A stretch of 64,000 bases of DNA from Paramoeba atlantica (GCA_977017575.1 CDRNVI010000203.1:62001-126000); one strand, 5' to 3'. Positions 51,001 to 64,000 are shown, counted from the first letter of the stretch. Notes: generated by a model from the letters alone, not told the origin. Program-made: numbers and translations.

Positions 51001-54000
51001 ATATAAAATGAAAAGTGTATAAAAAAGAAAAGCATACACTTTGATACATTCAATCGAAAAATATCTCAATCATGTATCATTAATTTTAGTATATATGGTA
51101 GGAGTTTTACCTTTACAGTGCTATTAGTCATGTTTTCATGTAATAAGAATGTACGATAATCAACATCTGATTTGCACTCAAAGTAGAGTAATCATCGTTA
51201 AATATCAGTACAAAGTCATTACAAGAAAACTAAAGATTAAAGCACTGTAAAATTGCACTAAGATTTCCTTCAGAAATTCAAGTGCAAATATCCGCCCAAC
51301 TTATAAAATATAAGTGGCGTCTATATATATTTTTTTATCGAAAAAAACGATAAATAAATAAAGATCATGATAAGATTTCTACGAAATTCAATCATGAAGC
51401 ATACACTATAGTGTATGCAAATTATTACAAAAATAATAATTTTAAAATTTTTTCTTCGAAATTCAAAGAAGAATTTATTCGAAAAAAATATAAATTTTAA
51501 TGTTTTCGTGTTTAACTACAACTTAAATTTATATATATTTCGTTAAATTAAGAGAATAATTAAACGAAACTGTTACTCGGCAAAAATAAGGGAATTTTTG
51601 AGTAACAGACCGTTCAAATTGAAAACAAAAAAACAATTTGCACGGCAATTCTTGGGGTTTTTACGCCTCACGGCTTCGTGATTGGACTAAAGAGCAGGAG
51701 CGAGAGCAAGAAAGTTTGCAGGGGTAGTTGAGTTAGCTATTCCCGGTGGAAGCTAACCTCGATTCTTTAGTCTTTAGTTGTGGTAATTTGGGATAGTGAA
51801 GTAAAATTTTTAAAGTTCACTATCGACAATTACTATTCTCTTTCATCTTTTGGCGTGCATTGCTAATTGATCCCAATAGACAATCACATTCAGAAATGAT
51901 CGTTGCTATCCCTATATGTATGTAAAATATCATACATAAGAATCAATAAGATCTATTTCGTCTCCTCTTTCATCCTTTTAACATAGCAAGACTAATCTAT
52001 ATTATATAATTATTATTCAACTTTTTTAATTATATTTTATCTGCTTGAACACCATAGTTCGATAAAAAATAAATAAAAAGATGAATAAATAACTAAAAAA
52101 TAAAGATAGACAAGAACAAGAATAGTTTAGTTTAATTCCGTGTTAAATCCTCAATCCTTAAGTCGGATTTGTCACTCCATATACGATCAAACTTTATTTA
52201 CTTAAATTTTTACAAAGATAGTAAAATTAAAAGTATAAAGATGATCTAGCTCACCAGTTTTATTTAAATTAAAATCTTACACAATGATTTTATATTTATA
52301 AACTACTCGCTTCCATCGACCCTCGACTTTGTTGAAGTTTAAGTTTTTGAGTTTACGATATTAAAGAGAAAAAAAATATTATTGCGCTCTATTGGTGGGG
52401 CTTTCGTTAAATTATTAAAAGCTCAACGTCATTGTTCGCGTTTTACGTTACACTCCACAAGCTAAACAAGTGCGTTCTGCCTTAATAATCACTACCCCTC
52501 ACCAAAAGGTCGCAATAATATATGTTTTTAGCGTTTAAGATCTGGAGACCATTTTCAAAATAGAAAATGTCAATCGCTTTTTTCTTACGCAAGTACGTCA
52601 AAAAAATCGTTTTTCTCCATGAGCTAAAACGAGTTAGTTCGATCGGGCTTTTTTTGATGCTTTTTTTGGATCGCAGCTTCAACAAAAAAAAATTTCCGCT
52701 GCTGTTTTCCAACAAAGAAAATTATAAAAAAATAATTTTGTTGTTGTCAAATACGATCTTTTAAAATATAAAATTTTTTTTATCGTTATAAATTTTATTC
52801 CGACATAAATTTGTTGGAAAAGTAACAGTAAAAAGTTGTTAATGAAAAAAAAATAAATTCATTAACAACAACGTTGATGAAAAATAACAATCAACGCTGT
52901 TAAATTTCCAACAAAATAATGTCAGAAAAAAATTTCTGCCGAAATAATTTAGCTGATTAAATTTTTATCACGACAAAAATATTTTTTTGTTGATCAATTA
53001 AATCGTTATTAACAAAAAAGTTATAACGCTGTTAATTTTCCAACATAAAAATTTTTTATCTCTCAAAAAATATTTTTTGATGTTCAAAGTTATCGTTTGA
53101 TAACAAAAAAGTTATAACGCTGTAACTTTTCCAACAAAAAAAATTTTTTTTCGTGTTAAAAATTATTTTTGATCAATAAAAATTATTTTCGATGTTCAAA
53201 TTCATCGTTTGATAACAAAAAAGTTATAACGCTGTTAATTTTCCATCAAAAATTATTTTTTTTGCTTCAAAAATTTTTTTTAACATAAAAATTTATAATG
53301 ATGATTACAAAATAAGTGTTGCAACTCAAAAAAGTTGTTTAACACTGTTAATTTTCCATCAACATCATAATTTTTATTTAAAAATTTTAATCAAAATCAA
53401 TTTTATAAACATTTTTTGTAAAAAAATTAAAATTTTTACTGGAAAATTACGGTGAGATGCATAAAAATTAGATTTAAACATAAATTTATGCAAACTACCG
53501 TTTAATTTCCAACAAAATTTAAATTTTTTTCATTCAAAAATAGATTTTTTTAATTTTTCGCCGACAAAATTGAAAAAAAATTGAATTTTCATTCAAAAAG
53601 TTGTAAAATTGAGTCTCAGGATGAAAAAGTGGAAAAAGACCACATTTTATCAATTCGACGCTAAATTAGCAAAAAATTTCAATTTCTACACCTAAATGAC
53701 TGTAGAAATTGGTGTTTTCCTACAATTTTGTGGAAACTCCTGACAAACACTGCTAAATTTCCAACAAAAAGTCAATTTGCAGGTGCTGCCCGTGGATTTT
53801 CCAACAAAATACTAGCAAAACTACTCAAAATGCTATTTTTCCGGCAGAAAACCGTCAAAATCTGCTTTTTCTGGGCAGGAATGACAAAAACGGCCCAAAA
53901 AAGGCCCTGTCATTTTGCCCAAAAACGCAGTATTTTTTCCTGTTCTGGCCTGCAAATTAGCGGATGTCCAAGTGCCCCAAAAAAAGTGACTTGGACTCCG

Positions 54001-54186
54001 AGCCGACTCGAAAAGTCGTATTTTCCGGCAGAAACGAAAAAATATGCCACATTTTGTCCGACGATTATTTACAACTTTTTCTCGCATCCCATCATAGCGA
54101 TTTTGCGGATCTGCAAGTTGGGAGGGAACCAACTGCATTTTTTGGCCGTTTTGAACCCGTTTTGTAAAAAATCGCATATAGAAACA

Positions 54187-54775
54187 TGAGAGGGGAGCAG
54201 AATCAATAGAGAAAACAAGAGAAAAGAAAGAGAAACAGAAACTCTGGATCAAAACCTTTATGGAAAAGATCCCCAGCCAACACAAACAGAACAAGAAAAC
54301 AACAACAAAAAAACAGAAAAGCAAGAAGAAGAACAACAAAAGGAATCACAACTGAGAAGAGCACAGAATCGCTGAAACTCAACTCAAATCGGAATCCCAA
54401 GTCTACACAGCAACTAAAGAAGGAAGAAAACAACAAAAGATGATAACAACAAAAGAAGAGAACAGAAAGCAAGCAAGGCAAGCCAAAAGATCACAAAGGA
54501 AAGCAAAGAGAGAGAGAGAAAGCAACAAGAAAGCAGAAAGAAAGCAAAAGGTGGCAAAGTGGCAAGAAAAAAGGGCAAAAACGTGAATGTGAAAACTGAA
54601 TAAAAGGAGTGCTAAAAATCTCATGATTTTGGCTAAAATTACGATAAAATGGCACGCAGCTGTCTGTGAGGCTCAGGGCTCTCCGAAAGGACCAAAACTC
54701 ATGATAAAAGGTATCAAGGAAGCTTAGGGAAGGCTCAGGGAAGCTCAAGGAACTGAAAAGGCACTGAAAGGCACA
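54187..54775. mobile_element. Possible LTR-like fragment at the array boundary
   Basis: Purine-rich segment starting TG(AGAGGGG) 6 bp after the last exact array match and possibly ending ...GGCACA. Composition resembles the 58711 repeat. No target-site duplication and no second copy in the window; the right end is a guess. Confidence 0.25.
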
Positions 54776-55289
54776 ACTTCTGTGTTGGAAGCAGGTTTCA
54801 CCTCAATAAATTGTCATTTTGTTGAAATTGGATTTGGAGTAAAGGATTGAAATTTTGTTAGAATTGTTGGAGTGATTGAATAGAAAGTATTTAATAGAAA
54901 GTTTAGTTTTATAGAACTGATTAAAAATCGTAATTTGGTTGGGTTTGAAAAGATTAAGAAAGTGGAAGTTGAATTATTGTTTGTGGAGTTGAAAATATTT
55001 TATAAAAAGTTAGTTTTTGTTGAGAAAAAAATAGATTAAATTAAATTTGAATGACTTAAAGTATTGGTGGTAGTTGATTTTAAATAAAAAGATAGGAATT
55101 TGTTACTTCTTCTTCAAATGGAACAAAGGTGGAATTTGATTGAAAAAACTAAAGTAGTAATTGTTGAATTATAGATTTGTTTTGATCTATTGAATAGGAG
55201 GAAGTAGAATTAGAGTAGAATTGTTGAACATAGTCAAATGTTGGTTTTGAAATCATTGGTTCAAAAGTTAGTGAATTAGTGTTTAATTG

Positions 55290-57960
55290 TAATTGTTTCA
55301 TTTTTATTGAAGGAGAGTGGAGTATTAATGAACTGAAGATAGGTTTTTCAGGTTGTAAGAATTGGTTAGTTTTAGTTGATAAAAGAGATTGTTGAAGTTT
55401 TGATGATTAGGAAAGTGGGAAATCTTGTAGAGATGAGGTTGCTGATAATGAGTGATCAGTTTTCTTATTTATGTTGGCTTTTTTTTACTTTTTTTTATTT
55501 GAAAGGGAATTAAAAATGTAATCTTCTAAATGATTGTGTTGTGTGGAATGTAGGGAAGGTTTTAAAGTTTGTTTCTTATTATTTTAAGAATGTGTAATCT
55601 GAGGTTGCTTGGGGATCATCAAGGAAAGAGGAGAGGTTTCTTGGGCTGATTTTTCTTTCTTTTTATGCTTTGGCATTTCCTTTCCTTGCTAAAACTCCTT
55701 TGAGGCTTTTTGGTTGGTTGATTTTTGCTAAGAGAAATGATAATCAGTGTTCAAAGTCTTGATAAAAAAGTAATCAAAACTTGGAAAAAGAGAATCCACT
55801 CTATTCAATTAAATATTTTCTTTAATCAATAGTGTTGAGTAAATGAATTCAAAAACATTTCTTGAATTGAGTGATTTGAAGGGGTTTAACTTCTCTAAAA
55901 TTATTTAACTAGTTGTAGGGAAATTATTTTCTTAAATAGAAATGAAAACTTCATTCAGCAATGAATCAAAGAGTTTTTTTTTACTCAAAACCAGCAAATA
56001 ATTTTTTAGAAGTAGAAGTGGATAGAGTTAGTGATGTTAATGGATTCTATGGTTCATCATAAGAATTACTTCCAACAAAAAGATTTCTTTGATTTTGAAA
56101 GAGTAAGTAGAGTTGGAGCAAGCAAAAATATCTTTGTTTCTCCTAACTACAGAGGGTTTCAACTTAACCAACAAGTAGTTTCTTTTCATTGAAGATAAGA
56201 GGCCTTAAAAGAGGAGAGAAAGTTTTGTTATTTTACAAATTCTATAATTTTCTAGGATCCAAATACCAAAAGGAACTTTCTTCAAGAACCTCTTCTCAAA
56301 TCCAGAACTGAGGGTGGTAAATTGAAGACTCATCAATTCCTGAGCTAACTTTCCAGTAAATTGATGAAAAAAAGTAACCTTCTTTTTTGTTTGTTTACTA
56401 AAGTTAAAATATTTTTTTTTCTTAGAGTTAATTTGAGGAGAGTTTGTATCCACTTTTATTATAGTTTTGAAGGTGGGGGAGATTCATACCAACTATGATA
56501 TTCACTTCAAAAAATCCAATAGGAATCACCACAATAATTTGAGTATTTAACATAACTGGGGTAAAATGCTATGTTGCAATCACAATAATTGAACCCTATG
56601 ATTTTTTTGTTGTTGAAAAATTTTAAAAAGAAGTGGTGATTAAATATTTCAAATGTAATTTATAGAGTAAGTAGGGCAAAAAATTTGAGGAATTTAAGAA
56701 AAATGGATTGCTTTCAAAACACTTATAAGATTTTACAAGAATTGAACATTTCTTAGGAAAACTTATCAAAGCAAATCTAATTGAAAATTTGGAATTTAAA
56801 AATTGAAGAAAGTGAAGGAAATCATAGTATTTTTGAGTTTAAAGAAAGTAGAGTTCATTTTTGAGGCTATTTTCTCACATTTGATCACATGATTACATGT
56901 TGAATGCATTCCTATTTGAATTGTTACTTCTAGGAGATTCCTTCCAAAGCTCAAAGAAAGGCCTTTACCTCTTTTGATTTTGCTTTTTTGATGAAAGGAT
57001 TGAAAATCTTTTAGTTTGACAATGAATTAGAAGGGGAGTTAAATAACAAATGGGATTGGAAAGGTTGACTTCAAATTTATTTAGAATTAAATGATAAATT
57101 CAAAATTTTGGAACAACTTTCAGATCAATCAGATGGGTTTTTGAAGCACTTGAATTTATTGGTTGAGGAAAATCTTTTAAATGTCTTTTCTGGGAATTTA
57201 TACATTTCATCTCAGAGTGGTCATAATAACATATTTTTTTACTCTCAGGTAGCTTCAGAAGAGGAGATTTATGAAATGTTAATTTTTCAATCTTTGCTTC
57301 TCTCTTTGAACCTCCTTCTATCAAAATATAAACAAAATACTCAGGAGTGAAACTTCATAGCTTTTGGACTTTATGAAATTCAAAACTCTTTAATGGAGAA
57401 TATCACTTGATGAAATGGATAATTAGATTAAAACAGAATTCAAACTTTTTTGTAAAACAAATTGGAATGTATAAGAAATTTTAAATAACTTGGAAGAAAA
57501 CAGGAAAAAATATGAGAGTTCAACTTCTAATGAAATATACTCAACAAATTTGGATTAGAAGAGATCATGGAACCTTCCTCCATAAAGATGCTTCAAACTT
57601 CAGTTTGTTATTTTGCTAATATTTGAGTTTTGATTGGAGGGAAAGTGATTGTAGTATTGGTTTCTTAAACTTCAAATTCTTTGGAAAAATTCACCAAAAT
57701 CTGCAATAACTCTTCATACTTGTTATTACTTTTACATGAGTTTGCCACTTGATTTAGGGTTGAAAATGATGGGTGTGTCTTTTATTAATCATAAAAAAAA
57801 TCAAATCCTTTGAAAAACTAAATAAAAAGAAAGCAACACACAAACCAAAGCTCTTAAAAAAATTGATTAAAGTGAAATTGATAAAAAACTTTTAAATTTT
57901 ATTTCTCATCACCATTTTCTTTCAAGAAAATTTCAATTTCAAGATTATACATTTATGTGA
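55290..57960 (-). pseudogene. Coding-like minus-strand region with in-frame TAA/TAG/TGA (pseudogene, or gene in a non-standard genetic code); weak C2-domain-like segment
   Basis: The frame of ORF 57100..57324 continues without frameshift to ~55990. With TAR read as Q it gives ...IGFFEVNIIVGMNLP...ESSFWYLDPRKLQNLQNNKTFSPLLRPLIFNEKKLLVGQVETLCSQEKQRYFCLLQLYLLFQNQRNLFVGSNSYDEPQNPL... A +1 shift in an A9 run at ~55980 resumes LFDSLLNEVFISIQENNFPTTSQIILEKLNPF. Boundaries are approximate. Confidence 0.45.
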
Positions 57961-58710
57961 GGAAAAAGTCTTCTTGAGCAGCTTAAATCAATTTTAAGTC
58001 TATTATCACTTTATTTCTTTGATTTAAATTTATTTAAATTGCTTGAATTTCTTATGGAATATTCAAAGAGATTTGATATTAATTTGCTAAAAAAAAATTG
58101 TATTGAAAATGAAGTCCAGTTGTAAGAACTTTAATGTTTAAATTTGCAAAACTTTGTTGATTACTCTGATAGAAGTGTATACAATTCAAGTAATGGATTT
58201 GCTCCCTAGCTTTTGTTGCTCAAGGTTGCAAATTCCCAAACTAATAATATGTATCTGTTGTGTAAGCTTCCAGAATATGAAAATAAATTCATCAGATAGA
58301 ACCTATCTCTTCTCTCCAATCCATAAAGCTTTCCTTCCAAGAACCAATTTTTTTTTCAAAATTAATGGTGACTGTTTCATGATTTAACCCTTTTGAGGGA
58401 TCACTTGTTAGCATTTGAAAACATTTTCAAAAAGTAATTTACAATAATATTGTGGATGGTTGATTTGGATTGTAATAAAAGATTTTTTTGATATTCTTCA
58501 ATACTTGCTGCATTTGAGTGCTCATGTATCATTCCAATTTTCAATTTCCATCATTATCAACTTAGAATTAAAAAGAAATTTTGCATTTAGAAAATACAAA
58601 GACCAGCAACTTCAATAATTTGGTTTTCAATGAGTAATTCTTTTTTTTTTTTTGAAGCAAACTTTATTCAATTAGTAGTTTTTAATTTAAGCCATTTGAA
58701 TTACATTAAA

Positions 58711-58903
58711 TGTGAAGTGGCCAGGAGTTTGGAGAAGGAAAGAGTGGGCAGGTGAAGGAAAGAAGGAAAGGGAAGAAAGGGAAAAGAAAGAAAGAGAAAA
58801 GTCAAGAGCAAATCATGGGAAAGATTGGTGGCGCATTGCAAGGGGAAACCAACCAAGTAAGTTTATTCCTTTTACCAACAAACAAAAGAAGTATTCATAT
58901 GGG
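58711..58903. repeat. Direct repeat copy 1 (LTR-like; true right end not determinable)
   Basis: 193 bp colinear with 63808-64000 with 5 substitutions (~97%). Confidence 0.9.
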
Positions 58904-61900
58904 ACAACAAATATAACAAGTGTGGAATTGACAAGAAGCAAAACAGAATGAAAGACAAAAACACACAAGAAAAAGGACACGGTGGAGAGATTAAATCACA
59001 GATAAATGTTATAGAACACAGGATTAATTGACATAAAGATTATATAAAATAGACAAATAAGATGGTGTGAAAATATTAAGGAAACAACTTGATTTCAGAG
59101 TGAGAACTGGGTGGGAAGAGCTCAGATGAGAGAGACAGGAATACATGCAGAATCAGAACAGTTTGTACAGTCTTACAAATGTTCATCAGGGATATTCACA
59201 CAACAGGGGAGCACAGTGGTGTACAAAGAGAAACAGATTAATTTGCACAACATGGAATCAGTTCACACCAGAATTCTGACATATCCTTTCAAATGAATAT
59301 GTTTCACATAAATCAGAAGAAGGAATTTCACAACACATCAGAAATCAAGAACAATTAAAGCAAAGCAGCAAGACAAATGGGATTTACATTTAACACAGCA
59401 AATCAAAATGAAACGTACAGACAAAGACCCATCATTGAACCAAATATCAAGCCATCAAGAAAATCAAAATAAATCACAAAATCACAAGAACAAAGATCAG
59501 TCGAACAGAATAGAAAAACATAAGGGATTGGTGCAGAAGCAATTAATAATCCAAAACATATTACTTTGAAGCAAAAGAGGGATCGACACAAGAGCACAAG
59601 AGATAATCAGAGAACTTAAGGCATGGACATAGAGAACAAGACAGAAAAATTCAATTCAGGAATTCAAAAATAATACAACCCAGAAAAGAAGAAATCGATC
59701 CAACAAAAACAGCAGGGAAAAGGAAGAGAGGGATTTGTGTTCACTACTGGAGACACAGGTGGTGCATTGAATTCTCAGAAATGCTATGTTCACTCATCAT
59801 TGAGTGAGGATTGGAAGGAAGAAAGGATAAGTGTTCAACAGGAATCACTATTGCATAGTTCCTCTGGGTATGCTACATTTACTCATCATTGAGAGAGGAA
59901 GGTGCTGAAGATGTTGAAAAGAAGAATCTTTCAGAGAGAAGCAAAACAAGTCATCATAAGATGAATCAGTGAGATTGAGAGTAGAAAATCAAAATGATTT
60001 CAACAGAAACAAAGAAATCAAAAGTCCAGCAGAAATTATTAAGGTGTCACAAGCTTCAGAGATGATTGGGAACGGTCAAGAAGGACATTGGACAGAGAGC
60101 AACAGGAATGAAGTGCAACAACAACAAAAAAGACAAAAAAAGATCATCCAGAATAGTGCTGAAAACATGGTTCAGAGGCAAAGCATTCCAGGTATGCATT
60201 TCCAAAATTCAGGGGATGAATTTTCAAAGATAAATCACACATCACGTATGTAGAAACAAATATGTTGTCACACAAAGGATAAATGTTGATCAAATCAACA
60301 AATGTTACAATTGCATTGAGATTTGAGAAGAGAGGTGAGAAGAACACAAGCCGAAAGAAGAACATTGAGGAAAAATATCATGGGGCCAGTGAAAATCCAT
60401 TGCAAGGGTGAGAAAAACAAAGACTCAGAGAATCAGAGAAAATAAAACTCAGAACTCCCTTGAAAGAACAAAGACGAGGCAATGGAGTCACAAAAGAACA
60501 AAGAGGGGACATGAGAACTCCCTTCAAAGGTAACAGGTGTCTCAAAAGCAAAGTAACATTGGAGGGCATTGTCTAAGGGATTGCAAAGACAAAAGCAGTC
60601 ATCAAATTGCAGGCAGAACAGAAAAAAATGGGATAGCAATCTCCAAAAATGATGATAACATCGAAACAGGGGAAGAAGGAACAATATTCACAATCAACCA
60701 TAAAACAAGAGAGAATTGGAGAGCAAGAACCAGATCAAAAGATTAAATTGCACAACAATAATTTGACGAGAATAAACTATAGGGAATAACAAAGGAAATC
60801 GAATAATACCAAAATGTTTTTAGGTGAAGCCAAGAAATTAGTCACGAGTCACACGAACACTCCCTTCCAATTTGATATTTTGATCTCATCACAATAAGGG
60901 CATTTCAAAACAAGAGAAAGTATTAACCATCAAATCGCAAAACCGAATCGACAGAGGAAATCCAAAATCAACTTATCAAAGACCAAGAAAAGACTTAATT
61001 CCAATAAATCAACCAATAATTAGAATAGGGTGTAAATGGTGCAAGATGCTCAATGGAACTTGCTGAAAATAAAGCCATTACAAATCAAATTCAAGAATCG
61101 GCGTCATTACCAGAGAATAAACAAAAACATGAGACTATGACAGAGGAAAATGCGAATCGAGGTTTCTCAAAGAGAAAAGAAATTTAGAACAGAGAGTATC
61201 AATGACAAGAGAGAAGCATCAGCGATCAAGTCAACTTCAAAACAAACAGATCAAATTAGAAAGGTCATAACTTGAGGGAAAGTGCAGTAACCAAAATCAA
61301 AACAGCTTCAGGGGTGGTACATCCAAAATTACACAAACACAATTTTTTAATGGAACACCCTTCCAACACCAAAATGGGTTTCAAAATTCAAGTAGGAGTA
61401 TCCGAGAGGGGAATCCAAGTGAAAATAAAGTCCAGAATTGAAATCACAAAAGGTAAGAGGAAGGTATAAATCCGACAATTTCAAAGCAAGGAAGGAAATC
61501 AGGAGAATTTCCATCATCAACCAGAAACAAAAGAACAAAAAGAATTGTCCCAAGGCATCAATCCAAGAATGACAAATTCAGAATGACATTGTCACAAGAA
61601 AAACAAGGAGATGGAATCAATTATTTCTTCAATAAAATCAACACAGGGATGAATTCAATCAGAAATAAGAGTTCAAATTCATGGGCAGGGAATTTGAGAT
61701 AACAAGGCGAAAAATCCAAAGAGGTTAACAACAGAGTACATTTAGATTCAAGAAGTACAAATTCAATCCAGAATTACTTTGAAGATATCAGGAATTTTTA
61801 AAAACATCATCAAGACAGAGGGAAAAATCCAATCAAGCTTTGAGGAAACAAAACAAAACGAGAAATCGTCAAGCATAAAAATAATCCAGTCAGGCAAATC

Positions 61901-63807
61901 CACAATCACAAATTCACAATCAGAAGTGGCAGTTGAGGAACAAAAATCCGAAAATACAAATCCACGAATCCAAAATGAGATAGAAATGAGTATTAAAACT
62001 ACACAACCATCACTCAATCAATACAAATGATAACAAACATTCATTGAATCAAGAGAAAAAGCTTGATCAAGGCTCAACTCAAAATCAACAATAAAATAAT
62101 CATCAAAATGCAGTTTGTAAGCATGAGGCGAACATCAACAAAGACCAATCGAAATAACAGAAGGAATCACGAAAATTTTCGAATAGAACCAACAATCACA
62201 ATATCCAACACAAAGAAGAGATTGAGAAACACAAAGAGGCATTGAGAAATGTTGACAAACAAAACTCAAGTCAAGATTATACAAGGAAACAGTGCTGTGT
62301 AAGCTGAAGTTGTCCAGAATATTAATTCCAAACGATATGCTGTTCTGAAAGCATAACCAAAGACAAATAACCAAAACAAACAATGAGCAAGAGGACTGAA
62401 TTGATTTACCAACAAAAATGAAGCATGGAAATCAACAAGAGATCGTCTCGAGCAAATCAAAGACAGAGAAAATCCATAAAACAGGAATAGAACCAAAAGA
62501 ACAGTTAGACAAAACAAAGAACAAAGTCAAAACAGAGTGTCATGACAGGCAAAGAAAGACATCAACAAATACAAGAATAATCTCCAAGGAACAAGAAAAA
62601 TAACATGAATCTTCCATGACATAAGGAGAAAAACAAAAACAGGTGTGATCAGAACTGTGCTTATCGAAAAACCATGTGCTAGGTCAAAGACGGCTGCCAG
62701 AAATATAATTCAAAACAGTGCACACCAGTATAAAATCGTAAGCTGAAAGCTAAAAAGCTGGTGCCTTGTCAGGGCTGATAGAAGGGGGGAGAATAAGTGA
62801 TAATGGGATCGCTGAGGATAGAAGAGAAGGTGTGTCCACATAAATCAAAAGGAGAGGGATAAAAGAGAATGACCAGCTCCGTATCACGAAAACAAACAAA
62901 AAAATGTCAATCATCCACACCAAGAGTGCCAAAAAATCAATAACCAGGATCATCTATAAGAAAGATCCAAAAACCAAAATGGGAAGCTTAATCGTAGCCA
63001 TAAAACCAAAAATGACAAACAAAATTGTTGTTCAAAACATAAAATCCAAACAGGAAAAACATTCCACAAAAGAAGGATCAAAAATACTGTAGACGTGTCG
63101 CGAACACAATAAACAGACGAGACATGCACTTCATAAAATGAGAAATTATTGAAAACATCTCAAGACAGAAGCAAAACCAACAAATAAACGTACCAAGAGA
63201 TTCAGCAAGATGAACAAATAACAGAATGATCATTGAGAGCAATGAACAAAATGTAAAGGGCAAAGTGAGACAATGAGGGACAAAGTCTCGATCCAAAAGT
63301 ACAAAAACAAGAGACCGAAAATGAAACAAACAGACTTAAGGTGTAGAAGTATGAGAACAAGGATCAGAGGCACAAAGAAATTTTCCGAGAAGAATTTCTT
63401 CACTCAAAACGAGACCAAAAGAACTTGATTTCCTTGGTTCGAAACAAAGAACAAGAATCGAAAAATGGTTTCCAATTTTGATGCTCAGTTCACAGAACAA
63501 CAAACAGACTTTCTCAAAGAGGAAGAAAACAAGAAAACAAAAAACAAACGAACGAGAAAACAATCGAGATTCACAAACACCAGAATCACAATCGTGAGAA
63601 TTGGCCAAAAACCGTGACCATGACCCAAGAATACAAAACGCGAAAAATGAGTTTTCAACATGAAGAAAAAAACATGCGAAAAGAAAACGAAAAAGAACGG
63701 AGAGGACAGTGATGCGAAATCGCTGCTTCCAGAAAACAAAGACGAAAGAGGAGGAAGGATAAACTTTCAAAAAACAAAACTTAGGCCAGAAGCCTAAACT
63801 CTTAATC

Positions 63808-64000
63808 TGTGAAGTGGCCAGGAGTTTGGAGAAGGAAAGAGTGGGCAGGTGAAGGAAAAAAGGAAAGGAAAGAAAGGGAAAAGAAAGAAAGAGAAAAGTC
63901 AAGAGCAAATCATGGGAAAGATTGGCGGCGCATCGCAAGGGGAAACCAACCAAGTAAGTTTATTCCTTTTACCAACAAACAAAAAAAGTATTCATATGGG
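63808..64000. repeat. Direct repeat copy 2 (LTR-like; truncated by window end)
   Basis: Matches 58711-58903; similarity begins exactly at TG. Confidence 0.9.

Larger units (their letters stand above)
1..54180. repeat. Tandem array of 12 units of ~4.5-4.7 kb (11 complete, 1 truncated) carrying non-coding structured elements
   Basis: Unit start CAATGTTTTCATTTCATTC recurs at 1, 4537, 9193, 13850, 18388, 22926, 27464, 32003, 36611, 41149 and 45687 (both AAATG variant) and 50224. The ORF track repeats at 4538/4608/4655 bp spacing. The match to the unit ends at ...AAAAAATCGCATATA (54180). Confidence 0.99.
58711..64000 (+). mobile_element. Decayed LTR-retroelement-like element (or 5.1 kb tandem unit) running off the window end
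   Basis: Direct repeats start TGTGAAGTGGCC at 58711 and 63808, 5097 bp apart. The interior is A-rich with only short ORFs. No RT, integrase, clear PBS or adjacent PPT recognised; orientation uncertain. Confidence 0.5.

Noticed and set aside
59763-59900. Degenerate ~90 bp-spaced duplication (TGCTA...ACTCATCATTGAG.GAGGA) inside the 5.1 kb element
   Set aside because: Only two diverged copies; an ordinary local duplication with no further structure.
62780-62793. Polypurine tract AGAAGGGGGGAGAA as a retroelement PPT
   Set aside because: It lies ~1 kb upstream of the second direct repeat rather than adjacent to it, and the whole strand is purine-rich.
63336-63953. 205 aa minus-strand ORF and similar F/L/C-rich minus ORFs (53833-54748, 60144-63739)
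   Set aside because: These are antisense readings of an A-rich strand giving low-complexity hydrophobic peptides. Two cross repeat boundaries (the LTR-like repeat edge and the array junction).
54181-64000. Targets of the hairpin arms in the flanking unique DNA
   Set aside because: By eye I saw only a 9 nt match (TTCCTTGGT near 63430), which is expected by chance. A proper search was not possible.

Overview
Two very different parts, probably from an AT-rich eukaryote. (1) 1-54180 is a head-to-tail tandem array of 12 units of about 4.54-4.66 kb. Units start at 1, 4537, 9193, 13850, 18388, 22926, 27464, 32003, 36611, 41149, 45687 and 50224; the last is truncated at ~54180. I find no credible protein gene, rRNA or tRNA in it. 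The backbone is nearly identical between units, but the first ~0.2-1.2 kb is an exchangeable cassette in three versions, in order A,B,B,A,A,A,A,C,A,A,A,C. Each cassette holds 2-3 copies of a conserved 90-101 nt hairpin scaffold (GTTTTCATGTAATAA...GAAAAC). The scaffold is flanked by ~20-25 nt arms that differ from copy to copy but are imperfectly complementary within each copy, like a guide/passenger duplex on a constant backbone. The cassette is followed by a ~450 nt structured element with three compensatory base-pair changes between unit variants and partial resemblance to a group I ribozyme core (P4/P6/P7). (2) 54181-64000 is unique, decayed-looking DNA: an LTR-like fragment at the array edge, a minus-strand coding-like frame with many in-frame TAA/TAG/TGA (alternative genetic code or pseudogene), and a ~5.1 kb element bounded by 97%-identical TG-starting direct repeats. 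All base-pairing was read by eye. No folding program, alignment or database search was run, so RNA identity and function are hypotheses.
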